64,000 nt of DNA from an uncultured delta proteobacterium (GTDB taxonomy: Bacteria > Myxococcota > Myxococcia > Myxococcales > Anaeromyxobacteraceae). The notes beneath the pieces were generated by a model. It made no database searches, was not told the origin of the DNA, and saw nothing but the letters and a program-made list of their open reading frames with translations. A program made the translations under genes and the position numbers. Positions 9,956 to 21,047 of this stretch are shown here, piece by piece. The stretch's first letter is position 1, and the number at the start of each line of letters is the position of its first letter. Location: the NCBI GenBank assembly GCA_963845515.1, contig CAWJSR010000028.1:32001-96000 (forward strand), given 5' to 3'.

Positions 9956-11299
9956 CTAGACGATCCTCTGGATCCTCGCGGCGAAGAACCCGTCGGTCCC
10001 GTGCCTGCTCGGCAGCGTCAGGAGGTCTCCGTCGGCGGTGAGGACGTCGGCCGGGAAGCCGGCCGGCGGGGTCGCGCGGGCGAAGCCGGAGCCGAGCATC
10101 GCGTCGACGACGCGCGGCCCCTCCGCGCGGGAGAGCGAGCAGATCGAGTAGACGATCGGAGCCCCCGGCCTCGCGTACCTGGCGCAGTTCCGGAGGATCG
10201 GCTCCTGCATCGCGGCGAAGCGGGGAAGATCCTCCGCCACGCGGCGCAGCTTCAGCTCGGGGTGGCGGCGGAGCGTCCCGAGCCCCGCGCACGGCGCGTC
10301 GACCAGGATGGCGTCGAAGCTCCCCTCCTCGAGCCCCGGGATCGGCTTCGAGGCGTCCGCGCAGATCACCTTCATGTCCGGCAGGACGCGCTTGAACGCC
10401 TCCTCGCGCAGTGAGTCCGCCTTTCGCGGGTGGAGCTCGACCGCGACGACCTCCGAGCCGGGGGCCAGCAGCTCCGCGAGGTGGAAGGCCTTCCCGCCTG
10501 GCGCCGCGCAGGCGTCGAGGACGCGCGCCTTCTCTCCGCGCAGCCCCGCGGCGGCGAGCAGCGTCACGAGCTGCGCCGCCTCGTCCTGGACCTGGAACGG
10601 GATCCCGCTCGCCGCCCTCGCCAGGTTGGCGACGCTCCCGCCGCCGATCCGGACCCCCTCCGGCGAGCGCGGCGCCGGCGTCGCGTCGATTCCGCTCGCG
10701 CGCAGCCGCTCCACCAGCTCGTCGCGCCGCGGGGAGCGGAGCGTGAGCGGGGCGGGGGAGTTCATCGCGGCCGCGAGCGCCAGCGCATCGGCCGCGCCCA
10801 GCCAGGCGACCCACTCCTCGGCGAGCCAGCGTGGCAGGGACTCCGCGACCGCGACGTGGCCGGCGGCGTCGGCGTCGAGCGGCGGCGGGACCGGACGCTC
10901 GGGCTTGCGGGAGAGCGCGCGCAGGACCGCGTTCACGTAGCCGGAGGCGCGGCCGTGATCGACCTGCTTCGTCAGCCCGACCGCCTCGCCGACCGCGGCG
11001 TGCGGCGCGGTCCCGAGGAAGAGCAGCTCGTACGCGCCGAGCCGCAGCGCGATGCGCGCGGCCGGGTCGGCGCCCGCGATCGGCCGGCTGGAGTGCTGCG
11101 CCAGCGCGAGGTCGAGCGTCAGGGCCCGCCTGAGCGTGCCGTAGACCAGCTCGGTCGCGAGGCCGGCCTCGCGGGGCTCGAGCGCGCCGGCCTGCGCGAG
11201 GGCCGCGTCGAGGGCGCGGGAGGCGTACGCGCCCCCCTCCTCGACCCGGCGGAGGACGTTGAAGGCGAGCTGCCGTGCCGTGATCGCGATCTCGGTCAT
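9956..11299 (-). CDS. rsmB: 16S rRNA m5C967 methyltransferase RsmB/Sun
   Basis: NusB-like N-terminus; [39 protein letters not shown] overlaps the fmt stop. Confidence 0.93.
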   Translation of the reverse strand: MTEIAITARQLAFNVLRRVEEGGAYASRALDAALAQAGALEPREAGLATELVYGTLRRALTLDLALAQHSSRPIAGADPAARIALRLGAYELLFLGTAPHAAVGEAVGLTKQVDHGRASGYVNAVLRALSRKPERPVPPPLDADAAGHVAVAESLPRWLAEEWVAWLGAADALALAAAMNSPAPLTLRSPRRDELVERLRASGIDATPAPRSPEGVRIGGGSVANLARAASGIPFQVQDEAAQLVTLLAAAGLRGEKARVLDACAAPGGKAFHLAELLAPGSEVVAVELHPRKADSLREEAFKRVLPDMKVICADASKPIPGLEEGSFDAILVDAPCAGLGTLRRHPELKLRRVAEDLPRFAAMQEPILRNCARYARPGAPIVYSICSLSRAEGPRVVDAMLGSGFARATPPAGFPADVLTADGDLLTLPSRHGTDGFFAARIQRIV

Positions 11300-12228
11300 G
11301 TGCCGAACGCCACCTTGTCGCTGCGGAGGCCGTTGAGGAACGCGAGCGCCTCCTGCGGCGCCTTCCCCTCGGGCTGGAGCCGGGTGACGAGGAGGGTCGT
11401 CCCTCCGCCGCACGACACCGCGAGGCCGCGGCCAGCCACCTTCTCGCCCGTCCCGGCGTCGCCGCGCGCGGCGGCGTCGAGCACCTCGACCTCGAGGAGC
11501 TTGACGGTCTTCCCGTCGAGCGTCGTGAAGGCGCCGGGCCACGGCGTGAAGCCGCGCAGCCGCGCGGCGACGACGGCCGCGGCGCGCGTCCAGTCCACCT
11601 TGCCGTCCTCCTTCGTGAGGATCGGCGCGAGCGTCACCTCCGAAGCGTCCTGCCTCACAGGGGCGAGCTTCCCCGCGGTGAGGAGCGCGAGCGCCTCGAC
11701 CAGCGCCTCGCCGCCGAGCGCCGCCAGCCTCGGCGAGAGCGCCTCCGCGGTGTCGGCGGGGCCGATCGGCATCGCCCGCTGCAGGAGCATGTCCCCGGAG
11801 TCGAGCCCCTCGTCCATCTGCATGATGGTCACGCCGGTCTCGGGTTCGCCGTTCGCCACGGCCCACTGGATCGGCGCGGCGCCGCGGTACCTCGGCAGGA
11901 GCGAGCCGTGGACGTTGATCGCGCCGTGGGGCGCGAGCGAGAGCAGGTCCTTGCCCAGGATCCGGCCGTAGGCGGCGACCACGAGGGCGTCGGGCTTCAG
12001 TGGCGCGAGCGCGGCGCAGAGCGTCCCGTCGCGCACCTTCTCCGGCTGGAGCACGGCGATCCCGCGCGCGAGCGCCCAGTCCTTCGTGGCCGGCGGCCTG
12101 AGCGCCTGCCCCCGGCCGGCGGGCCGGTCGGGCTGGGCGACCACGCAGAGGAGCTCGTGCCCGGCGCGGGCCAGGGCGTCGAGGGAGGGGACGGCGAAGG
12201 CCGGAGTCCCCATGAAGACGATCCGCAT
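11296..12228 (-). CDS. fmt: Methionyl-tRNA formyltransferase
   Basis: MRIVFMGTPAFA, QPDRPAGRG, INVHGSLLPRYRGAAPIQ. Confidence 0.97.
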   Translation of the reverse strand: MRIVFMGTPAFAVPSLDALARAGHELLCVVAQPDRPAGRGQALRPPATKDWALARGIAVLQPEKVRDGTLCAALAPLKPDALVVAAYGRILGKDLLSLAPHGAINVHGSLLPRYRGAAPIQWAVANGEPETGVTIMQMDEGLDSGDMLLQRAMPIGPADTAEALSPRLAALGGEALVEALALLTAGKLAPVRQDASEVTLAPILTKEDGKVDWTRAAAVVAARLRGFTPWPGAFTTLDGKTVKLLEVEVLDAAARGDAGTGEKVAGRGLAVSCGGGTTLLVTRLQPEGKAPQEALAFLNGLRSDKVAFGT

Positions 12229-12333
12229 GGCGCGGGGTATACGCGGAAACGGCCGGACGGGTCGAGGGCGCGCCGGGGGCTCAGCCCCGGTCGCCCCCGT
12301 GTCCCCGTCCCTCTCCCCCGGTCCTTCAGGGCG

Positions 12334-13942
12334 TCACATGCCGCCCATGCCGCCGCCCATCCCGTCCATGATGTGCCACATGCCCATCATGCCGATGTCC
12401 TCGTGCTCGAGGATGTGGCAGTGGTACATCGTCATCCCGGTGAAGTCGCGGATCGGCAGGCGGAAGGTCGCGCTGCCCCACTTCGGGATGATGATGGTGT
12501 CCTTCCAGGCCGGGGCGCTCGTGTAGAGCTGGGCGTACTTCGCGAAGCTCGCGTCACCCCCCGCGATCGAGAGCACCTGCGCGTCGTTGACGTGCTGGTG
12601 CCACGGGTGGTCCATCCCGCTCTCGTTCACGACCTCCCAGATCTCGTCCGTGCCGACCGTCGAGTGGTGCTCGTCGGAGCTGATCGTGCCGTCGGGGAGG
12701 ATGTCGAAGGTCTTCCCGTTGATGTAGCCACGCCCCATCATCATCCCGAGCGAGAAGCTGGCGCGAGGGAGCATCGGATCGTCGGCGAGCCGCATCGCGT
12801 CGGGGTTGACCACGGTGGGGAGGGACTGGTTCGTGCGTGAGCCCTTCACCCGGAGCGTCATCAGCGTGATCTGGGGCGAGGTCATGCTCCCGTGGCGCGC
12901 GTACGGCAGCGCCAGCAGCTTGTAGTCGCCGGTCGTGTTGCTCACCTTGACCAGGAGGTCGGCGCGCTCGCCCGGCGCCATCAGGAGCTCGCTCACGGCG
13001 TACGGCTTGTCCAGCAGGCCGCCGTCGGTGCCCACCAGGTTGAGCGCGTGGCCCTGGAGCGCGAGGCGGTAGAAGCGGGCGTTGCTGGTGTTGATGATCC
13101 GCAGCCGGCGGACCTCACCCGGCCGGGCCGGCAGGTACGGGTTCACCTGCGCGTTCACCATCACCACGTCGCCCTCCTTGCCGCGCATGTACTCGCTCGT
13201 CATCGTGTAGGGCGCGGGCGCGCCGTTCGCGATGGTGATGTCCTTGAGGACGAGCAGGTTCCGCGGGTAGGAGGCGAGCGTGGTGATCGCGCCGTCGGTG
13301 ACGTCGAGCGCCCCGACGAGACCGCCCCACATCTGCTCGGCGACCGTGCCGTGGACGTGCGGGTGGTAGAGCCCGAGGCTCCCCGGCCGCTGCCACCTCA
13401 GGTCGTAGCAGTACACCTGCTCGCCCCCGCCCGCGGGGACCGCGATGTGGACGTCGTCCGCCGGGATGCCGGTCATTGCGTCGGCCCCCGGCGAGACGTG
13501 CCAGCCGTGCACATGGACGTTGGTCACGTTCTTCACGTGCCCGAGGATGTTGGTCTGCGTCGTGTACGGCAGTGAGTTCTTGAAGCGCAGGTTGACGACG
13601 TCACCCGGGTTGGCCCGGATGGTCGGCGCGATGAAGCTTCCGCCGTAGGTGAGGAGGCTGGCCGTCGAGCCGTTCACGCTGGCTGGCGCGATCCGCGCGT
13701 CGATGCTCACGTCAACGACGCCAGGCGTCACGGAGCTGTTCGCGGCGAGCACGGGGTCGCGAAGGAGTGTGCCGACCGGGGGATCGATCACCCCCCCACC
13801 TCCTCCCATTCCTCCGCCATCCGCCCATGCCGCCGCCACCGCCCATCATCTGGCCGAGCGCGCGAGGGGCGACGGCCACACCCGCTGCGGCGAGGGAGCT
13901 GCGCATGAAGAACTGCCGGCGTCCAAGTCGGTTGGGCTTCAT
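12334..13942 (-). CDS. Tat-exported multicopper oxidase with Met/Gly-rich termini; +1 frameshift near 13820
   Basis: Tat signal GRRQFF in ORF 13712..13942 joins ORF 12334..13839; copper motifs HVHGWH, YHPHVHG, HPWHQH, HCHILEHEDIGMM. Confidence 0.88.
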
Positions 13943-14116
13943 TGTGTGTCCCTCGTTGGCGCGCAGGCGCGCCGCGAGCCTGTGTTCACGGAAAGCAGAC
14001 GTTGCCGCTTCTCGATGGACGTATGCACGCGCCGAAGGACGCGCCGAGGACGTGCGCGTCCCTGGTGGGTTGGGAGCGCAAAGCGGGTCCAGCGAACGGG
14101 TGAGGTGCGGGCCCGC

Positions 14117-15418
14117 TCACCCCACCGCGACGAGGATGAGGTCGCCGAGGTGGGTGCCGGTCGCGAACGAGGGGATGGCCACGCCCAGCGCGACGCAGGC
14201 GGGCCCCGAGCGGAACGCCGCGAGCGCGCCGTCGAGGTCGACGCCGTTCCAGCGGGCGAACGGCGCAGTCTCGCCGGTCACCACGGCCCCCGCCTGAGCC
14301 GTGGGGCCGTCCCGCCCGTCCGACCCTGCGGCGAGGACCGCCGCCGGGATCCCGTCGAGCGTCCGCGCGACGAGCAGCGCAAGGTGCTGCGCGCGTCCGC
14401 CGCTCGCCCCCTCCGCGTCGCTCGGGATGGAGATCGTGGGCTCGCCGGCCAGCGCCAGCAGGCGCGGGCCGCGCCCCGCGTGCTCCCAGACCCAGGCACC
14501 GATCCGGTCGGCGGCGGCCTGCACCGTGCCCGTGAGCGGGCGCGGATCGTGCTCCGCTTCGACGCCCCGGGCCCGCGCGGCTCCAGCCGCCGCCTGCGCC
14601 AGCGCCACCGGTCCCGCGAGCAGCTCGTGAGAGACGCAGTCGAGCTTCGGGTCACCCGGCTTGGGCGTCTCCTCGAGCCGACCGGCGAGCCCCTCGGCCA
14701 CGGCGGTCCTGACGGTGGCGGGGAGCGCGCGCTCGACGCCGCTCGCCGCCGCGATCCTGGCGACGTCCGACCAGGTCGTCGGATCGCCGACCAACGGACC
14801 GGATGCGATCACGGAGAGGTCGTCGCCCGGGACGTCGGAGAGGACGAGGACGCGGACCGGATTGGGCGAGAGCGCGGCGGCCAGCCGCCCCCCCTTCGTG
14901 CGCGAGAGATGCTTCCGCACGCAGTTCAGGTCCTGGATGGGGAGTCCGGCGCGCATGAGCAGGGCGAGGGCCTCCACCTTGTCGTTCGGCGGGATCCGCG
15001 GCGCGGGCGCGACGGCCAGGGCGCTCCCACCGCCGGAGAGGAGGACGAGGGCCGGCGCGTCGCCGCCAGCGTCACCCCAGGCTGCGAGCGCCTCGCCGGC
15101 GATCAGGGACCCCATGGTCGGGCGGGGGTGGCCACCGTGGATGGCGCGGATCCCCTCCGGGGGCAGCGCGCCCTCGGGGAGGATGCAGAGCGGATCCCGG
15201 GCGCGCGGCCCCATCGCGGCGAGCGCCGCGTCCATCATCTGGCCGGCTGCCTTGCCGAGGGCGAGGAGCCTGACAGGGCCCGCCGGAGGCGCAGCGAGGT
15301 GGAGGGCGCGCGTGACCAGCGCTCCGGCCGGGAGCGCCGCGAGCGCCTCCCGGTACACCGCCTCCAGCGCGGCCGCGAGCGGCGGGCGGGCGGGGGGCCT
15401 CGGCCCCGCGTTCACCAT
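14117..15418 (-). CDS. Glycerate kinase type 2 (DUF4147/MOFRL family)
   Basis: ALGKAA, LLSGGGSAL, RKHLSRTKGGRLA, SDVPGDDLSVIASGP, GSDGRDGPT. Confidence 0.9.
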   Translation of the reverse strand: MVNAGPRPPARPPLAAALEAVYREALAALPAGALVTRALHLAAPPAGPVRLLALGKAAGQMMDAALAAMGPRARDPLCILPEGALPPEGIRAIHGGHPRPTMGSLIAGEALAAWGDAGGDAPALVLLSGGGSALAVAPAPRIPPNDKVEALALLMRAGLPIQDLNCVRKHLSRTKGGRLAAALSPNPVRVLVLSDVPGDDLSVIASGPLVGDPTTWSDVARIAAASGVERALPATVRTAVAEGLAGRLEETPKPGDPKLDCVSHELLAGPVALAQAAAGAARARGVEAEHDPRPLTGTVQAAADRIGAWVWEHAGRGPRLLALAGEPTISIPSDAEGASGGRAQHLALLVARTLDGIPAAVLAAGSDGRDGPTAQAGAVVTGETAPFARWNGVDLDGALAAFRSGPACVALGVAIPSFATGTHLGDLILVAVG

Positions 15419-15538
15419 CGGTCTGCCTCCAGGCCCCGAGCGTGGCGCATGACGCAGCGCCCCGCAAGCTCCTCGACGGAGCCTCGTTGCGGGAACGCGC
15501 TCGCGCGGTAGAATCCCAGCCCGAAAGGGGAGCGTCAC

Positions 15539-16192
15539 ATGGCCGAGGTCTTCGCCGGCGATTCACCCGGCGTACACGCCCGCCGAGTCTTTCTCGTGGA
15601 CCGGGGCTTTCAGCTCAAGTACGCGCTCCTCATGGCCGGCGCAGGTGCGCTCGTCGCGCTGATCTTCGGCCTGTGGCTGCACCAGGCGCACACCCAGGCC
15701 GTCGAGATAGCGGGGCTCGACCCCGCCCTTCGCGAGGAGCTCGCGCGGGGTGACCGCCAGCTCCTCTTCGCCTTCGCCGGGATCGCCGCGCTCCTCGCGC
15801 TGGCGCTCGGGTTGCTGGGGGTGGTGATGACCCACCGCGTCGCCGGGCCGGTGGCGGTGATGGGGCACTACGTGTCCGTCCTGGCGCGCGGCGCGTTCCC
15901 TCGGATGCGGACGCTCCGCAAGACGGACGAGCTCCGCTCCTTCTTTCAGGTCTTCATCGACGCGGTCGGCCACCTCAAGGAACGCGAGGCGCGCCACGTC
16001 GAGCTGCTGGAGTCCACGCTCGCCGCCATGAAGGTCGCCCTCCCGCGCGCGCCGGAGCTCGCGGAGGCGATCGGGCCGCTGGAGCGGGTCGTACAGGAGC
16101 GCCGCGCCGCCGTCCGCGCGGACGATCCCGAGCTCACGCCTTTGTACGTCGCCCGTCCGGGCGGCGGTCACGCCCTCCCCGAGAACCGCTAG
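15539..16192 (+). CDS. Two-TM membrane protein with HAMP-like region
   Basis: RRVFLVDRGFQLKY, two hydrophobic helices, THRVAGP; GGGGAG RBS. Confidence 0.65.
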   Translation: MAEVFAGDSPGVHARRVFLVDRGFQLKYALLMAGAGALVALIFGLWLHQAHTQAVEIAGLDPALREELARGDRQLLFAFAGIAALLALALGLLGVVMTHRVAGPVAVMGHYVSVLARGAFPRMRTLRKTDELRSFFQVFIDAVGHLKEREARHVELLESTLAAMKVALPRAPELAEAIGPLERVVQERRAAVRADDPELTPLYVARPGGGHALPENR

Positions 16193-16204
16193 TTGGAGCC
16201 ATCC

Positions 16205-17782
16205 ATGCGCAACGTCGCGATCGCACTCTCCTGCCTCGTCCTCTTCGCCTGCGCCTCGCCGAGCGATCCAGCCGGCTGGGCGAAGGAGGCCTACAAGCGC
16301 AACCGTCTCGATGAGAAGCTCCACGCCCTGGAGCAGGTGCGGAAGGCGCCGGGGGACAAGAAGGCCGCGGTCCCCTTCCTCGTCCAGATCCTCGAGGAGA
16401 AGCAGCACCCGCGCGCCCGCGGGGCCGCCGCGCTCGCGCTCGGCGAGGCGGGCGACGCGGCGGCGATCGAGCCGCTGATGAAGGCGCTGGACCTCGGCGC
16501 GAAGGAGCGCGACGCCGTCGACATGGACCGGCGGATCGCGGAGGCGCTCGGCGCGCTCAGGGCGAAGGAGGCGGTCCAGAAGCTCGGGCAGCTCACCACC
16601 TTCCCCGACGGCTTCGTCCAGGTGGCGGCGGTCGACGCGCTCGGCGCCATCGGCGACCCGACGGCCGTCGAGACGCTCACGGTCGTCGCGATGGACCCGC
16701 AGGGCGAGCCCTTCACCTCCAAGAAGGCCACGCTGGCGCTCGGCCGGATCGGCGACCCGAAGTCGATGCCGGTCATCCTCAAGCTGATGTTCGTCTCGCG
16801 CGGCGGGGTCTCGTTCTTCCCGGAGGCGGCGTTCGCGGCCTCGCAGATCGGCCCGTCGATGATCCCGCCGCTCCTCGCGGTGCTGCAGGGGCGCGACGCC
16901 GAGCTCTCCGCGTGGGCGAAGGAGCAGAGCTACCCGTCGGGCGCGCTCTACGCGAAGGCCGCCAGCGTGCTCGGCGACGTCGGCGATGCGTCGGTCGTGT
17001 CGGCGCTGGTCCAGCGGCTCTCGTACGTGGACTCGGACCCCGGGCTCCAGCTCTTCGTGCGCGTCTACGTCGCCGAGGCGCTCGGTCGGCTGCGGGCGCG
17101 CGAGGCGGTGCGGCCGCTCGCCGACGCTCTCGGCCGCGAGCGCAACCCCGACGCGCGCGACCGGCTCTGCGACGCGCTCGCCCGTATCGGCGACCCGGGG
17201 GCCCTCCCGGCGCTCAAGGGCGCGGCGTCTGGTGACTGGGACTCGAAGGTGGCGCCGCTGACGGCCGTCTCGCGGCTCGGCGGCGAGGAGGAGCGTGCGG
17301 TGATCGGCGCGGCCCAGGCCGCCTGCGGCGGGGGCTGCCCCGCCGCGCAGAAGGCGGCGCTCGCCGGGATGCTCGCCAGGCTCGACGCCGCGAAGGCGTG
17401 CGGCAGCGACGTGAGGTGCTGGGCGGGCCGGCTCGGCGACGCCAGCGCGGCGGTGCGCGATCGCGCGGCGCTCGAGGTCGGCCGTGCGGGCGGGCCTGGC
17501 GAGGCGGCCGCGCTCGGCGACGCGATCGTGCGCAAGGTCGACTCTGACGAGGAGCGCGAGGCGCGCTACCACGCCGTGCTCGCGCTCGGGTGGATCGCGA
17601 AGAAGGACACGAAGGCGATCACCGACGGCGCAGCGATCGCCGAGAAGATCAACGCCATGATCCTCTCCGACAAGGGGCGGAAGCTGGTCGAGGGCGTCAA
17701 CGAGGACGCGATGCGGCTGGCGCTGCGGCTGGAGCGGGCGGCCGGGAAGGCCGCCGAGGCGGCCCCGCCGCCGCAGCCGTAG
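16205..17782 (+). CDS. HEAT-repeat lipoprotein
   Basis: Lipobox LVLFAC; repeated AxxALGxxG HEAT/PBS-lyase units. Confidence 0.8.
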   Translation: MRNVAIALSCLVLFACASPSDPAGWAKEAYKRNRLDEKLHALEQVRKAPGDKKAAVPFLVQILEEKQHPRARGAAALALGEAGDAAAIEPLMKALDLGAKERDAVDMDRRIAEALGALRAKEAVQKLGQLTTFPDGFVQVAAVDALGAIGDPTAVETLTVVAMDPQGEPFTSKKATLALGRIGDPKSMPVILKLMFVSRGGVSFFPEAAFAASQIGPSMIPPLLAVLQGRDAELSAWAKEQSYPSGALYAKAASVLGDVGDASVVSALVQRLSYVDSDPGLQLFVRVYVAEALGRLRAREAVRPLADALGRERNPDARDRLCDALARIGDPGALPALKGAASGDWDSKVAPLTAVSRLGGEEERAVIGAAQAACGGGCPAAQKAALAGMLARLDAAKACGSDVRCWAGRLGDASAAVRDRAALEVGRAGGPGEAAALGDAIVRKVDSDEEREARYHAVLALGWIAKKDTKAITDGAAIAEKINAMILSDKGRKLVEGVNEDAMRLALRLERAAGKAAEAAPPPQP

Positions 17783-17800
17783 GGCAGGTCATCCACTTCT

Positions 17801-17840
17801 CCCTCACCCCGACCCTCGCCCTCGGTGAGGGGGAGGGGAG
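17801..17840. repeat. REP-like palindromic element (same family as at 4.2 kb and 19.2 kb)
   Basis: CCCTCACCCCGACCCTCGCCCTCGGTGAGGGGGAGGGG, the reverse-orientation copy of the ...GGGAGAGG...GGTGAGGGG motif. Confidence 0.5.
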
Positions 17841-19193
17841 GTTGAAGGGGGGACGGCGCCGCCCTTCCCGTTCTTGTCCCACGCGCTCGGGAGCATGTTG
17901 AACGGGAGGAGCTTCGCGAGGAGCGGCAGGAGCAGCAGTCCGCCGGGCGCCGCGAAGATCGCGAGGGCCGGCACCGCCTTCGCCAGGTCGACGAGCTGCC
18001 CGCGCACCTTCTTCTTCTCCTCCGGGGTGAGCCTGCGGCCAGCCGTCGCCTTGGCCAGGAGCTGGCCCAGCTCGCCGGTCTGGCGAAGCTCGGTGACGAT
18101 GGCGCCCCAGTTCTCGGTGACTGCGGTGCTGACACGCTCCACCGCCAGGTCGGACATGCCCTCCCAGGCCTCGGCCAGGGAGGCCCACTCCGAGTGGGGC
18201 AGGCTGCTCCCGATCGCCTCGAACCAGGCGTGGTGGTCGCCGTGGCGCGCCGCCGCCTCCACCTGGGACGCGGCGATTGCCTCGGGGGGCAGGCCCGTGG
18301 CCGCGGCGAAGTCATCGACCCACAGCGCCGCCTCGGGGTGCTGCCTGGGGGCGAGGAGCAGGGCGAGGTGGAGCTGCTCCAGGAGGAACGACCTTATCCG
18401 CTCGGGCGTGGCGTCGGCGAGCTGATCGGGCGGGCGCGGGTGAAGGACCGCCGCGCGCGCCTCGCGCCAGGCCGGCCGCCGAAGGCCGAGCCGCGAGACC
18501 TGGCGCAGCCGCATCGCGCGCTCCTCGTCGGTGGGACTGCGTGCGACGGACGCGCTCCCGGAGGTCGCCTCGGCCAGGAAGACCAGCTCGCGCTCGGCGA
18601 AGGCGCGGTGGCGCTCCAGGCCGTCTGCGCGCAGCTCGCCGTGGCGGTGCAGCCCCATCGCGACGCGGCCGAGGTGGCGGCGAAGGACCGCCAGCGCCCC
18701 CGGGTAGAGGACGAGCCCGCCCACTGGATCCCCGGGCGGATGAAAGCGCGAGAGGAGCGCGCTCTCGGCGGCGCGCTGGGCGCGGCGGGGAGCGGGGCGT
18801 GCCCCCCGGCCGCGATACGTTCATGTCCAGCGCCAGGTCGGTCTCCCCCAGCGCGGCAGCGAGGAAGGCGAGCGCCTCGTCGAGGCAGCGGCTGGGGCTG
18901 CGAGGCGGGGGGCCGAGCCCAGCCAGATCGAGGGCGAGCTCCACGTGACCCCGGGCCGTCTCCAGGAAGACCTCGTCGGGGGAGCGCTCGCCCGACACGA
19001 GCCGGTGCACGCGCAGCGACCGGTCGACGAGGAGGCGCGCCGATGGCTCGAGGTCCACGGGTGAGGCGACGCCAGGCTCTCCCATGAATGCGGGCGGCGA
19101 GAGCCGGGCGCAGACGTCGGCTGAGTCGTGGGTCGCCTGCGTCTCCCGTAGGAGCGCGGCGAGCCAGTCTGGCTTCTTGAGGTCGATGAGCAC
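17804..19193 (-). CDS. LETM1-like domain protein; frameshift near 18780-18820
   Basis: N-terminus [11 protein letters not shown] (ORF 18312..19193) joins ORF 17804..18724, which ends [36 protein letters not shown]...LPSAW (LETM1-like C-terminus). Confidence 0.65.
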
Positions 19194-19227
19194 TGCGAGG
19201 AGGGAGTCTAGCGCAGACCCCCGCCCA

Positions 19228-19300
19228 TCCCTCGCCCCCGCCCCGCGGGGGAGAGGGGAGGGTGAGGGGCTTTGATTGTCCGCCCCGCGGGGGAGAGGGG
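19228..19300. repeat. REP-like palindromic elements downstream of recA
   Basis: CCCTCGCCCCCGCCCCGCGGGGGAGAGGGGAGGGTGAGGGG followed by CGCCCCGCGGGGGAGAGGGG. Confidence 0.6.
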
Positions 19301-19312
19301 ATTCGGCACCCG

Positions 19313-20404
<1,092 letters not shown>

Positions 20405-20507
20405 GTCGCTCTCACTTTCCTTGCGGGGGGCGCCTCGGGCGTCCCCGGCTCTTCGTGGTTTCGAGGTGTCTCTAATACCGCTCCCCCCTGACAGCCGGAG
20501 GGTGACA

Positions 20508-20529
20508 CCTGAACAAATGGATACTGAAC
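20508..20529 (-). promoter_or_regulatory. Putative LexA (SOS) box upstream of recA
   Basis: Minus strand GTATCCATTTGTTCAGG matches 15/17 of the Myxococcus xanthus LexA consensus CTRHAMRYBYGTTCAGS (consensus recalled from memory); a second GTTCAG lies at 20524-20529. Confidence 0.6.
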
Positions 20530-20584
20530 GGGAGAGCGGGCGTCAAGGATTACGCCGGGAGGGGCGGCGTCCATCGTCGAGCGG

Positions 20585-20971
20585 TCAGCGCGTCGTCGCC
20601 GCGCCTCCGAGGAGCACCTCGTCAACCGTCTCGCGCAGGTAGCGCGCGCCGACGAAGCCGACGACCCGCTCCACCTCGCGCCCCTTCCTGAAGAAGAGGA
20701 CGGTGGGCGTTCCCATCACGCCGTGGCGGGCGGCCGTCCGGGCCGCCTCGGCGGCGTTCAGCTCGGCCACCTTCACGCGCCCATCGTAGGCGCTCGCGAG
20801 GTCCATGATGATCGGCTCGAGCATGCGGCACGGGCCGCAGCCCGGGCTCCAGACGTCGACGACGACCGGGAGCTCCGAGCGGAGCACCTCGGCGCTGAAG
20901 TTCGCGTCGTCCACGTGCGTCGGCTGAATCTTCGGCTTGCCTGGCCCGAAGAGGCTGGAGAGCAGTCCCAT
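20585..20971 (-). CDS. Thioredoxin family protein
   Basis: VVVDVWSPGCGPC active site; GTPTVLFF cis-Pro motif. Confidence 0.9.
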   Translation of the reverse strand: MGLLSSLFGPGKPKIQPTHVDDANFSAEVLRSELPVVVDVWSPGCGPCRMLEPIIMDLASAYDGRVKVAELNAAEAARTAARHGVMGTPTVLFFRKGREVERVVGFVGARYLRETVDEVLLGGAATTR

Positions 20972-21047
20972 GCCGGTGAGAGCCGGGGGGGCCGCCGTGG
21001 TTTCGCGCCGCGCCGCAACCTTTTCCCCGCCTCGGGCTCCCACCCCC

